This document shows positions 7,538 to 16,504 of a DNA stretch of 64,000 nucleotides, piece by piece. This DNA comes from an uncultured Candidatus Saccharibacteria bacterium (GTDB taxonomy: Bacteria; Patescibacteriota; Minisyncoccia; Phycocordibacterales; UBA2100). Numbering within the stretch: position 1 is the first letter of the stretch; the number at the start of each line of letters is the position of its first letter. The notes below the pieces were generated by a model, which saw only the letters and a list, made by a program, of their open reading frames with translations, was not told where the DNA came from and made no database searches. Position numbers and translations under genes: made by a program. The stretch lies in contig CAZZHR010000003.1 in the NCBI GenBank assembly GCA_964654205.1, forward strand, positions 56,839-120,838, written 5' to 3'.

Positions 7538-10339
7538 ATGAAAAGAATCCTCACTTCCATTGTCTTCGCGATCGTAGTGTGGCCTTCGCTCGCGGCCGGG
7601 CACGCGTCGCCACTGTCGTCCTTTCCAGAGTCTTCTTCCCGTCTTGCGGTCGTACCTGCGTACGTCTCGATTCAATTTAGCGAGCGTTTGGATGATGGTG
7701 CGAGCTCGATTGTTGTCAGGGGGCCGGACGGCTCGACAGTTTCGCCCGGTAGAGCGTATGTAGACCAATCAGACCGCAGACGTCTGACGGTGGATGTGAA
7801 CGCCTCGGGCGAGGGCGCATACATCGTCTCATGGAGTGTTGTTTCGTCTGACGATGGACACTTCACGCGCGGATCGTTTCCATTTGTTGTCGGAGATGCC
7901 GCGGCGCTGCCGGACATGCAAAGCGGGAATTTTGAAATAGTGCACGTTTCGACAGGGCTAGAGGCCGTCGCAATGACTGTGGAGCTTTTTGGCAACGGGC
8001 TTATCTGGGCGGCGCTGCTCATATTTTCTCTCGCAGTCAGGCCGCTCATACGAAGCGGGCGCTTCTCGGATGCCGCGCAGTCTCTCATGCGCGGATATGC
8101 GCATCTCGTGTTCATAGGCGCAAGCATGGCTTTGGTCGGTGGTGCAGCCCAGATAGCTGCGAAGTCGCAAGATCTTGCGAGCATACAGAATCTCGCGCTC
8201 CTCGAGGCACTGCAGGTATACATCGGCACAACGGCAGGGGAAGCAACGCTTTACCGTATGCTCGCGGTCGCGTTTGTCACTCTCGTATTTGCCGTATTCA
8301 GACGTGCAATCATGACTGCGCCGCGCTTCACGTGGCAAGAAGGTTTGGTCATCGCGGGCATGTCAGTATTCGCGTACTTTCGCGCGGTCGTCAGCCACGC
8401 AACGGCAAATCCCTTCATACCGGAGCTGTCAGTCGCGATCAACTTCGTGCATCTGATAGAAAAAGACTTCTGGGCGGGCGCGGCGTCGATACTCGTACTC
8501 CTGCTCGTGCTCAAAAGATTCAAGAGTGTCTTTGCGCCGCTCATGCACCAAATCTCCATCATGCTGTCGGTCAACCTCATGCTCGTCGCTCTTACAGGCG
8601 CGTACATCGTGTGGCTGCATCTCAGGACCTTCGACAACCTGTTTGCGACGCAGTGGGGTCTCGTCTTTATGCAACTCCTTATAGTCGCTGTCGCGCTCGT
8701 TGGCGTCCGCACATACCACGTGGTCACGCGAGTTTACCGACCTGTTCTTTTCTCAAAGCTCCTGCCCGCCACGCTCTCTCTTGAAGCAGCGCTCGCCCTC
8801 GCTGTCGTCTTCTATTCGAGCGTGGCTATCATTACGTCACCCCCGCTTCCAGATGCGCGCGGACCCGTGTACAGCCAGTCGGATGAGGGAATAACCGTCG
8901 ATCTTCGTGCCTCGGTTCTCGAAGACCGTGTCGCCCTGCTCTCGCTTACCGGCGGTACACCGCTCGAGCCGTCTGTCACGGTGAGCGGAGAGTCGGTCGG
9001 AACGGTTGTGGTGGTTCCCGAGGTGGCGTTCGCCGGAGGTTACCGTCTGCCGCTGTCACTGATGCAGGCGGACGAGGAGCTGGAGATCACCGTACGCGTA
9101 CCGCAAGAGGGTGCGTACGACGCGATTGTGAGCTTCTCTATTCCCTCGAACGGCTTTGAGCTGAAAGCGCACGCCGCGCAGAGGAGCTTCGATAGCTTCG
9201 CACTTTCAATGGCGCTCGTAGCGATTGGCGCTTTCGCATACGCGTATGTCGTATTCCGACTCTCCCGACGCGCGGTTGTTCTCGTACCCGTTGACAGATT
9301 CGCCTACCCCGTCGCGGTCGCAATCGTCGGGTTCGTGCTCGGTCTCGTCGTTATCACGAGAATAGCGATTGCGTATGCAGGGTTGCCGATTTCCAATCCG
9401 TATAAGGCACAGTGCGAGGCCGATGGCAATATGTGGCACCTCATGCTGCCGATGAAAGCTGGTATACCGCTCTCAGAAACGCCGCGAGAGGGCTGTATGT
9501 GGGGCATGGGCAACTACCAGTACATGTTTGCCGATGAGCGCGAGTATGACTACGTCAACTCATACCCTCCAGCGTTCGCGACTCTCGATTTTGAGAGTGG
9601 CACGCTCATCGCCGGCGTGCCGCAGGACTTCACTGTGTCGGTAAGGTACCCCGACGGCACCCCGGCGAATCTCTTCGTCGATATGGAGAAGCTTGTGCAT
9701 GTGGTCATCGTGAGCCGTGACCAGAGGCACTTCGCGCACATTCATCCCGATGACATGCGAGACCTCACTGAGAGCGAAAAAGAGTCGGCAACGTTCTCAC
9801 TCTCCTACACATTTCCCAGGGCGGGCGAATACCTTATATCAGTCGATTATGCCAACGGAATCCGACTCGAGAGCGCGCAGCAGAGCGTGACAGTCGTTGG
9901 CGCACCAGCTATGGAATCTGACACCGCGCTCTACGCGTCTCCCGCTCGTGTGGGCGATTACGACGTGGCTATGAGTTACACGCAGCCGTTTGCGGGGGAG
10001 GTAAGTACACTCGTATACGAAATACATAAGGAGGGGCAGCCGGCAGTACTGGAGCCATACCTCTCGGCCGCAATGCACATAGCTGTGATAAAGAATGATT
10101 TGGAAGCATTCGCTCACACGCACGGTGAGGTGCACCCGCCGGGTGTCGCGATGCCGCCAGTCATTGTCCGCGACGGCAAAATCGTGCACTCGATGGCGAC
10201 CATGTACACACCGCCGAGCTTCGCATATCCGATAGACGCGCACGTGATATTCCCCGAGCCCGGTCTCTACACAGTCTGGGCGCAGTTCCAAAGCGATGGG
10301 GAAGTATACGCCGTGCCGTTTACCGTGCGTGTGGAATAG
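7538..10339 (+). CDS. CopC-CopD fusion protein (YcnJ-like copper importer) with extended C-terminal extracytoplasmic region carrying two His-rich repeats
   Basis: Signal peptide then a CopC-like domain (HASPLSS..P..S..L..VP..VSIQFSERLDDGASSIVVRGPDGS...). This is followed by ~8 TM helices (CopD-like) and then ~400 aa with repeated ...FAHIHPDDM / ...FAHTHGEVHPPG motifs. Internal ATG (MKRILTS) of ORF 7490 (GTG) chosen. Confidence 0.75.
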   Translation: MKRILTSIVFAIVVWPSLAAGHASPLSSFPESSSRLAVVPAYVSIQFSERLDDGASSIVVRGPDGSTVSPGRAYVDQSDRRRLTVDVNASGEGAYIVSWSVVSSDDGHFTRGSFPFVVGDAAALPDMQSGNFEIVHVSTGLEAVAMTVELFGNGLIWAALLIFSLAVRPLIRSGRFSDAAQSLMRGYAHLVFIGASMALVGGAAQIAAKSQDLASIQNLALLEALQVYIGTTAGEATLYRMLAVAFVTLVFAVFRRAIMTAPRFTWQEGLVIAGMSVFAYFRAVVSHATANPFIPELSVAINFVHLIEKDFWAGAASILVLLLVLKRFKSVFAPLMHQISIMLSVNLMLVALTGAYIVWLHLRTFDNLFATQWGLVFMQLLIVAVALVGVRTYHVVTRVYRPVLFSKLLPATLSLEAALALAVVFYSSVAIITSPPLPDARGPVYSQSDEGITVDLRASVLEDRVALLSLTGGTPLEPSVTVSGESVGTVVVVPEVAFAGGYRLPLSLMQADEELEITVRVPQEGAYDAIVSFSIPSNGFELKAHAAQRSFDSFALSMALVAIGAFAYAYVVFRLSRRAVVLVPVDRFAYPVAVAIVGFVLGLVVITRIAIAYAGLPISNPYKAQCEADGNMWHLMLPMKAGIPLSETPREGCMWGMGNYQYMFADEREYDYVNSYPPAFATLDFESGTLIAGVPQDFTVSVRYPDGTPANLFVDMEKLVHVVIVSRDQRHFAHIHPDDMRDLTESEKESATFSLSYTFPRAGEYLISVDYANGIRLESAQQSVTVVGAPAMESDTALYASPARVGDYDVAMSYTQPFAGEVSTLVYEIHKEGQPAVLEPYLSAAMHIAVIKNDLEAFAHTHGEVHPPGVAMPPVIVRDGKIVHSMATMYTPPSFAYPIDAHVIFPEPGLYTVWAQFQSDGEVYAVPFTVRVE

Positions 10340-10542
10340 CTGCAAACAGTCTGCATATAGAATGTATACTGTATGCATGTGTATTGCATGTCAGACAGCC
10401 CAAAGTAGCGCGCCACAGTACATCATCCTCGCTTCAGTGTTCGGCACGCTCGGACTTGCGCTCGTGCGGCATTGGGTCGCAGGAGTATACAGGCGTATCG
10501 TAGACCGTGTACGCGCGCTCTGAAACTGATGCGCTTCGAGTG

Positions 10543-10734
10543 CTATCCACATAGTGCGATGTATGCACCCCCAGAGGCAAGGAGGAAAATGGTCCACGCG
10601 GTGAGAACGAGCGGGCCGTAGTTGCCCGCGTCAAGCGCGGTCGTGATCAACTTATGAATGAACGTCACGAGGCTAAATGTCAGCAGTGTCATGCCGATTC
10701 CAAACATTACGATAATAAATACGGAGGAAAGCAT
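10543..10734 (-). CDS. Small two-helix membrane protein (63 aa)
   Basis: MLSSVFIIVMFGIGMTLLTFSLVTFIHKLITTALDAGNYGPLVLTAWTIFLLASGGAYIALCG; last gene of the minus-strand ATPase operon. Weak call. Confidence 0.35.
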   Translation of the reverse strand: MLSSVFIIVMFGIGMTLLTFSLVTFIHKLITTALDAGNYGPLVLTAWTIFLLASGGAYIALCG

Positions 10735-10783
10735 ACAAAGGGAGCGGTCTCGCGCTCTGTGCGCGAGACCGCGAAGGTAGAGG

Positions 10784-11239
10784 TCAGCAATCGGCGCTTG
10801 CGAGCCTCCCGTCCTGCAGCTTGATCTGCAGTGCGATAAGCTCATCCATCTTCGGCTTCTCGGGACCGGTGACCGGTGAGCAGCAGTTGAGGAAGGCGAG
10901 CTCTTGCCCGTGGCAGAAGTGCCTCTTTGCGAGCTCGCGGAGCGCGGTACCCGCAAAGATGCGCGTAAGTTGCTTGCCGAGGGTCGAGTTCGGATCCTCG
11001 ACGCCGACTTCTTGTTTGCCGGAGGTGCGCGACTTGTGCACCAGCTTGTGCAGGTAGTCCACTGCCAGCGGCAGGTCTCGCCGCATAGACTCCACGAGCA
11101 CGACCTCGCTCTGCGAGGCATCCATGTGCTCGAGGTCGATGCCGAGGTCTTTCGCCACGGCGTGGACAGATGGAAGCGACATTGCGTATCTCCAAGGAGC
11201 TAAGCCGGCGCGGAATGCGACCGGCGTGGGAGCGCTCAT
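10784..11239 (-). CDS. Cys/His-containing small protein of unknown function (possible metal- or redox-active partner of the upstream ATPase)
   Basis: ORF 10784..11266 (GTG). Internal ATGs at 11239 (GGGAG 9 nt upstream) and 11182 (GGAG 7 nt upstream) are both plausible. C-terminal ...RHFCHGQELAFLNCCSPVTGPEKP...ASADC cluster of 4 Cys + His. No confident family assignment. Confidence 0.45.
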   Translation of the reverse strand: MSAPTPVAFRAGLAPWRYAMSLPSVHAVAKDLGIDLEHMDASQSEVVLVESMRRDLPLAVDYLHKLVHKSRTSGKQEVGVEDPNSTLGKQLTRIFAGTALRELAKRHFCHGQELAFLNCCSPVTGPEKPKMDELIALQIKLQDGRLASADC

Positions 11240-11269
11240 GCATTCGCGCTCCCACGCCGACAACACTTC

Positions 11270-11998
11270 TTAAAGCGCGAGTTGCGTCATACGCCCTTCT
11301 ATATGATGCGCATCATCTGTAAATGGAATGTAGCAGATTGGTGGTCGTGAGAGTTGCAAGAACAACTCGTCCTCCGCGCGATATTTGTTCGCCACAAACT
11401 CGTAGGGGATGCCCGCAATATCAAGCTCATGCGCAATTTGACGAGCAACGCGAACGCTCTGTATTGTCGGCTCCACCACAATGCAGGCGCGGTGGACGCC
11501 GCTCAGAATTCCCGTAGCGACCGGGTCGGTACCGGCGCGTTCGTCTACGACACATATCTGATTCCGGGCAAGTACGAGGTTGGGCAGATACGCTTTGAGA
11601 GGAGCAGCAAGAGAGTGACTGCAATGCTCTCCCGAGCGCACAATATCCGTGTGAGGACCGGCAGTCATGACGCTGAGACAATCGTTCACTTGCACTGCCA
11701 TGGAAGCGGTGAATACGTCAGCTGGGTTTATAGTGAAGCGAATGCCCGTTTCCCGCGCGATTCGGGCAGCATCGAGAAATGAGATGCTATCCGGAACACC
11801 TATGTGTCGCTTAATGCGGCGATTGTCAGCGCCAAGAAAAAGGGAAGGGGAGTCAATTCCAAGGCTGTAGGTCATGTCCATGTTGTGGTCTGCATCGATG
11901 GCGAGCACCGTCTTGCCTTGCGAGAGTGAGTGGCGCACGAATGCAGTGGCCAACGACGATTTACCACTCCCGCCTTTCCCTAAGAATGCGATTATCAT
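11270..11998 (-). CDS. CooC/MinD-family P-loop ATPase (deviant Walker A KGGSGKSS)
   Basis: [39 protein letters not shown] resembles CooC-type (COG3640) maturation ATPases. Start taken at the internal ATG so as not to overlap the divergent Fur-family gene. Confidence 0.75.
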   Translation of the reverse strand: MIIAFLGKGGSGKSSLATAFVRHSLSQGKTVLAIDADHNMDMTYSLGIDSPSLFLGADNRRIKRHIGVPDSISFLDAARIARETGIRFTINPADVFTASMAVQVNDCLSVMTAGPHTDIVRSGEHCSHSLAAPLKAYLPNLVLARNQICVVDERAGTDPVATGILSGVHRACIVVEPTIQSVRVARQIAHELDIAGIPYEFVANKYRAEDELFLQLSRPPICYIPFTDDAHHIEGRMTQLAL

Positions 11999-12009
11999 AT
12001 GCAAGTCGC

Positions 12010-12052
12010 TTGCAACTATATACTCCCATGAGAACACGTCAAGTAGTTGCAA
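12010..12052. promoter_or_regulatory. Divergent promoter region with 9-bp inverted repeat TTGCAACTA-N25-TAGTTGCAA plus additional TTGCAA/GCAAG motifs; candidate Fur/Zur-type operator
   Basis: Perfect inverted repeat seen directly in the sequence between the minus-strand ATPase start (11998) and the Fur-family gene start (12082). A small palindrome GCAAGTCGCTTGC lies at 12001-12013 and a third TTGCAA at ~12058. Confidence 0.4.
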
Positions 12053-12081
12053 TCCGATTGCAAATAAGGTATTCTGCTCGC

Positions 12082-12507
12082 ATGAATGACGAGGAAGCAA
12101 AAGCTGTTCTCAAAGGTGCAGGGCTGCGCGTTACAGCGCCGCGTGTTCGCGTACTTAGCATCCTTGAGGACTCAACGTTACCGGTGAGTGTTGCGGACAT
12201 AGCGCGTGTTATACGGAAGCCGCGCATCGACCAGGTCACCATCTACCGAACACTTGAGACATTTGTCCAAGCTGGGCTCGTGAATCATGTCGAGCTACAC
12301 CAAGGTCGTAGCTTTTTCGAGCTGGCCACGCGAGGCCATCATCACCATCTCGTCTGTCGCGGATGCGGCCGCGTGGAAGACGTGGAAGAGTGCGGGATGG
12401 AGGCCGTCGAGAAGAAGGTCGTCAAGAGTTCGAAGCATTTCGCAGCTGTCGCCTCTCATGCGCTTGAGTTCTTCGGCGATTGCAAGGATTGTGTAAAGAG
12501 CGCCTAG
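12082..12507 (+). CDS. zur: Fur family transcriptional regulator, probably zinc-responsive (Zur) given the downstream ZIP transporter
   Basis: Winged-helix N-terminus (..RVTAPRVRVLSIL..), HHHH...C..C...C..C metal sites (HHHHLVCRGCG ... CKDC). First gene of an apparent operon with ZIP and YibE/F genes; the Zur assignment is inference from context. Confidence 0.7.
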   Translation: MNDEEAKAVLKGAGLRVTAPRVRVLSILEDSTLPVSVADIARVIRKPRIDQVTIYRTLETFVQAGLVNHVELHQGRSFFELATRGHHHHLVCRGCGRVEDVEECGMEAVEKKVVKSSKHFAAVASHALEFFGDCKDCVKSA

Positions 12508-12508
12508 C

Positions 12509-13327
12509 ATGACACTCATCTACCTACTTCTCGGATGTTTTGCAGTCATGCTCTCGTCTCTGAGTGGCAAGCTCGTGACGGTGCGCTACCTGGGACCAAT
12601 CATCGAGCGCAACCTTTCTTTCCTTGTGAGCTTTGCCTCGGGCGTGCTTCTCGTAATTGTATTCGGTCTCATTCAAGAAAGTATCGAGCACACGGGGTCT
12701 CTCACTGCCGGTTTCCCATGGATTGTCGCGGGAGCACTCTTTATTCTCGTCGTATTCCGGTACATCCCCGGCTTCCATCATCACCACGATGAGCACGTGG
12801 GGGGGCACTCGCACGACCGTATCGATGCCAATCGAGTGCTCGCGAGCGATGCTATCCACAACACGACAGACGGTATTTTGCTCGCTGCCGCCTTTTCGGC
12901 GTCACCAGTTCTCGGTGTCTTTGCGACGGTCAGTGTGTTCTTCCACGAGCTGCTACAAGAGGTCTCCGAGTTTTTTGTGTTACGTCAGGCCGGGCTTTCG
13001 ACGCGTCGCGCACTTGTCTACAACTTTATCGCGTCTGGCACCATTCTTATCGGGGCGCTTGGCGGGTACTTTCTCATCGAGCAGTTTGAAGCGCTCGAGC
13101 TACCGATGCTCGGCCTCGCAGCGGGATCGTATCTGATTGTTGTATTCCACGACCTCATTCCGCATTCTATCCGCTCTTCTGTGCGCAGAATTGATTACGT
13201 AAAACACATCGCATGGTTTTTTCTCGGTCTCGCTCTTATGGCTGCACTTACGACGTACTTCGGTCACGGACATGAGGGCGAGGACGAAGACCATGTCGCG
13301 ATAGTCGAACAGGTGATTTTGCTATAA
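12509..13327 (+). CDS. zupT: ZIP family metal (zinc) transporter, ZupT-like
   Basis: 8 TM helices, His-rich loop (HHHHDEHVGGHSHD), ZIP signature region ...FHELLQEVSEFFVL...; starts 2 nt after the Fur-family stop. Confidence 0.75.
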   Translation: MTLIYLLLGCFAVMLSSLSGKLVTVRYLGPIIERNLSFLVSFASGVLLVIVFGLIQESIEHTGSLTAGFPWIVAGALFILVVFRYIPGFHHHHDEHVGGHSHDRIDANRVLASDAIHNTTDGILLAAAFSASPVLGVFATVSVFFHELLQEVSEFFVLRQAGLSTRRALVYNFIASGTILIGALGGYFLIEQFEALELPMLGLAAGSYLIVVFHDLIPHSIRSSVRRIDYVKHIAWFFLGLALMAALTTYFGHGHEGEDEDHVAIVEQVILL

Positions 13328-13334
13328 TCGCCGC

Positions 13335-14450
13335 ATGAAGTGGGGAGCCGCTGCCGCAATCCTGACGCTCTCCCTTATTCCACTCGGGGCAGTGGCTCAG
13401 GAGCTCGTGCCTGAGCAGGAGTCCATCGTCCGCGCGAAAGTGGTCGCCATTACGGCGCAGGGCAACGAAATCATCGCCGGGACTGATGTCTCTGCGCTCA
13501 ATCAGTCGATACGTGCCGAAATTATTGAGGGTGACATGGCGGGGCAGATTGTCACTGTCGAAAACGACTACATTCGCCTCGAAGAAGGCGAGACATTTTA
13601 CCTGCGTATACTCACCGACATCGACGGCACCTCGTATTTCAGTGTCTCCGATCCCTATAGGCTGCCGATGCTCTGGGGACTTATCGCGCTTTTCGTGGCC
13701 GTCGTCGCGCTTTTTGGCGGTATGCAGGGTATCCGTGGCCTCGCGTCGCTTGTCGGAGGACTCTTCTTTATCGTGTATTTGCTCTTGCCTGGGATACTTG
13801 CCGGATACTCGCCGGTGCTTGTTGCTATTGGCGTTGCCTCACTTATTATCGGGCTGGGCTCATACGTCACGCATGGATTCAACAGAACAACCTCCGCGGC
13901 GGTTTTTGGAATGATAGTCACTATTTCGTTTACTGGGCTACTGGCGTGGTTGTCGATACATTTCGGGCGCCTGACAGGTTTCGAATCTGAAGAAGCTGTA
14001 TATCTGCACTTCAACACGGGCGGCGCAATAGACTTCGCCGGGCTTCTTCTCGGAGCCATTATCATCGGCCTCCTTGGCGTTCTCTATGACATAGCAATCG
14101 GCCAAGCGGTGAGCGTGGAGGAAATCAAAAGGGCGGGACAGCACCTGAAGCCGCGCGAGGTGTACCTGCGCGCGCTTCGCATTGGTCGAGAACACACAGG
14201 CGCACTCGTGAACTCGCTTGCCATCGCTTACGTGGGCGTGTCGCTGCCGCTCCTCCTCCTCTTTTACAACACGGGGACGGACAGCATTCTACTCAACATG
14301 AATCGCGAAATTTTTGCTACAGAAATCGTGCGCACCATGGTCGGGTCTATCGGCCTCGTGCTTGCGGTCCCTATCACTACGCTTATCTCGGTATGGCTGC
14401 TCACTGGCCGAGGCGCAGAGAAGCACGCTCATACACATACGCACGCATAG
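13335..14450 (+). CDS. YibE/F family membrane protein
   Basis: Signal peptide, ~100-aa extracytoplasmic N-domain then multiple TM helices typical of YibE/F; C-terminal HAHTHTHA. Confidence 0.65.
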   Translation: MKWGAAAAILTLSLIPLGAVAQELVPEQESIVRAKVVAITAQGNEIIAGTDVSALNQSIRAEIIEGDMAGQIVTVENDYIRLEEGETFYLRILTDIDGTSYFSVSDPYRLPMLWGLIALFVAVVALFGGMQGIRGLASLVGGLFFIVYLLLPGILAGYSPVLVAIGVASLIIGLGSYVTHGFNRTTSAAVFGMIVTISFTGLLAWLSIHFGRLTGFESEEAVYLHFNTGGAIDFAGLLLGAIIIGLLGVLYDIAIGQAVSVEEIKRAGQHLKPREVYLRALRIGREHTGALVNSLAIAYVGVSLPLLLLFYNTGTDSILLNMNREIFATEIVRTMVGSIGLVLAVPITTLISVWLLTGRGAEKHAHTHTHA

Positions 14451-14486
14451 GCTGCCACGGCGCTGTTTTCTGCTATTATTGCCCGC

Positions 14487-15935
14487 ATGAGCGGTGAAGA
14501 CATACGGGCTGAAAGGCTCAGAAAGCTCCAGAGACTACAGGACGCCGGCATGGATCCGTACCCGGCAGAAACGGGTCGGACATTTTGCAACGAGGATTTT
14601 CTCAAGGAATTCGACGCGCTCGGAGACCGTGAAGTGACAATCGCCGGTAGGGTCATGTCGCTCCGCGGACAGGGCGGCATCGTCTTTGCTGACCTCTTTG
14701 AGGGCAAGGCTAAAGCGCAGGCAGTGCTCCAAAAGGGCGAGACGGATGACGCGCTGCTCACGCTTTTTCAAGAGACTGTAGACGTGGGCGATTTCGTCGC
14801 AGTCACGGGCAAGGCCTATACAACAAAGCGAGGTGAGAAGTCGCTGCTTGCAACAAAGTGGAAGATGCTTGCGAAGTCGCTCGCTCCAATACCGGATAGC
14901 TGGTTTGGCCTCAAGGACGAGGAGAAGATTTTGCGCGAACGCTACCTCGACATACTGATGAATCCGGAAGTGCGCGAGATGTTTAAGCGCCGTGCGAAAT
15001 TCTGGAATGCAGTTCGCGGTTTTCTCGCCGAAAAGGGATTTCTTGAAGTGGAGACTCCTGTCATAGAACTTACGCCGGGCGGAGCGGATGCGCGGCCCTT
15101 TGAGACACACCACAATGCACTCGATATCGACGCCTCGCTGCGCATCTCTCTTGAGCTCTGGCTCAAGCGGCTACTCGTCGCAGGTTTCCCGAAGGTATTC
15201 GAAATTGGACGCGTGTTCCGCAACGAAGGTCAGTCGCGCGAGCATTTGCAGGACTACACGATGCTCGAGATGTACGAGGCATACAGCGATATTGAAAAGG
15301 GTAAACGGTTTGTGCAGGATTTGTACCGCTACATCGCAAAAGAGACGTACGGAAAGTATACATTTGAAATTCATGGGCACACGGTCGACCTCGCGGAAGA
15401 TTGGCAGGAAGTGGATTTTTGCCAAATCATCTTGGAACGATACGGTGTGGACGCACTTACGTGCTCCGAAGAAGAGGCGATTCAGGCCGTGCGCGACGCG
15501 CAGATACAGGTAGGAGAAGAGCTCAACAAGCCCCGCGCTATCGATCATCTGTGGAAGGCGATACGCAAGACAATCTCGGGCCCCGCATTCCTGGTGAATA
15601 CGCCTGCGTACCTTACACCCCTCGCAAAGCGACGACCCGAGAATCCTGAGCTCGTGTACCGCATTCAGGTGCTTATTGCTGGCTCGGAAGTCGGCAATGG
15701 ATACGGCGAACTCAACGATCCGCAAGACCAGCGTGCGCGATTCGAAGAGCAGGAAAAGCTCCGCGAGGGAGGCGACGATGAGGCGCAGCGGCTGGATGAA
15801 GAGTACGTCCGCGCGATGGAATACGGCATGCCACCAGCCTTTGGTTTTGGCTTCTCCGAACGACTCTTTGCATTCCTAGAGAATCGCCCTGCACACGAAG
15901 CCCAGATATTTCCTCTGCTCCGCCCGCGCCAATAG
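14487..15935 (+). CDS. lysS: Lysine--tRNA ligase, class II
   Basis: N-terminal OB anticodon-binding region and class II motifs (…FRNEG…, …GYGELND…, …GFGFSERL…). Confidence 0.9.
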   Translation: MSGEDIRAERLRKLQRLQDAGMDPYPAETGRTFCNEDFLKEFDALGDREVTIAGRVMSLRGQGGIVFADLFEGKAKAQAVLQKGETDDALLTLFQETVDVGDFVAVTGKAYTTKRGEKSLLATKWKMLAKSLAPIPDSWFGLKDEEKILRERYLDILMNPEVREMFKRRAKFWNAVRGFLAEKGFLEVETPVIELTPGGADARPFETHHNALDIDASLRISLELWLKRLLVAGFPKVFEIGRVFRNEGQSREHLQDYTMLEMYEAYSDIEKGKRFVQDLYRYIAKETYGKYTFEIHGHTVDLAEDWQEVDFCQIILERYGVDALTCSEEEAIQAVRDAQIQVGEELNKPRAIDHLWKAIRKTISGPAFLVNTPAYLTPLAKRRPENPELVYRIQVLIAGSEVGNGYGELNDPQDQRARFEEQEKLREGGDDEAQRLDEEYVRAMEYGMPPAFGFGFSERLFAFLENRPAHEAQIFPLLRPRQ

Positions 15936-15937
15936 CT

Positions 15938-16480
15938 ATGGCGACGGCCGTGTTTGGCGGCGGGTGTTTTTGGTGCACGGAGGCGGTGTTTGCGATGCTG
16001 AAAGGGGTATCGAAAGTCGAGCCCGGCTACGCCGGAGGTAAGATGGAGAACCCGACATACGAGCGAGTTTCTGAGGGAAACACCGGGCATGCCGAGGTCA
16101 TCCGGGTAACCTACGACCCCGCTGAAATTACATACGAAGACCTTCTGACGGTCTTTTTTGGCTCGCATGACCCGACGACGCCCAACAGGCAAGGTGCCGA
16201 CGTGGGGGAGCAGTACCGCTCGGTGATTCTGTACATGACTGACGAGGAGAAGGCGACGGCCGAGCGAGTGGCCAAAGGTATTCAAGATTCGCTTACCGAC
16301 GGCACTCGCGTCGTTACACAGATAGTGCCACTTGATACTTTCTACCCCGCCGAGGATTATCACAAGGAGTACTTCAAGAACAACACGAGTGCGCCCTACT
16401 GCCAACTCGTCATCGAACCTAAAATCGAGAAGGTGAAAAAACGCTTCTCCGAACTCGTCCGTCCCTCACTTGGAGGTTGA
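15938..16480 (+). CDS. msrA: Peptide methionine sulfoxide reductase MsrA
   Basis: GGGCFWC active-site motif. The stop codon (TGA) lies in the loop of the first REP-like palindrome. Confidence 0.9.
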   Translation: MATAVFGGGCFWCTEAVFAMLKGVSKVEPGYAGGKMENPTYERVSEGNTGHAEVIRVTYDPAEITYEDLLTVFFGSHDPTTPNRQGADVGEQYRSVILYMTDEEKATAERVAKGIQDSLTDGTRVVTQIVPLDTFYPAEDYHKEYFKNNTSAPYCQLVIEPKIEKVKKRFSELVRPSLGG

Positions 16481-16491
16481 ACCTCCAAGTG
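16467..16491. repeat. REP-like perfect palindrome copy 1 (CACTTGGAGGTT-G-AACCTCCAAGTG)
   Basis: 25-nt perfect palindrome read directly from the sequence; loop TGA supplies the msrA stop codon. Confidence 0.9.
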
Positions 16492-16504
16492 TGATACTTG
16501 GCTC

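Noticed and set aside
6803-7768. 321-aa minus-strand ORF antisense to the YcnI-like and CopCD genes
   Set aside because: Arg-rich, no motifs, spans two well-supported + strand genes; typical spurious antisense ORF.
11926-12081. 5' extension of the Fur-family ORF (ORF-track start 11926)
   Set aside because: It would overlap the divergent ATPase gene and add a non-homologous 52-aa leader. The internal ATG gives a canonical Fur-family N-terminus.
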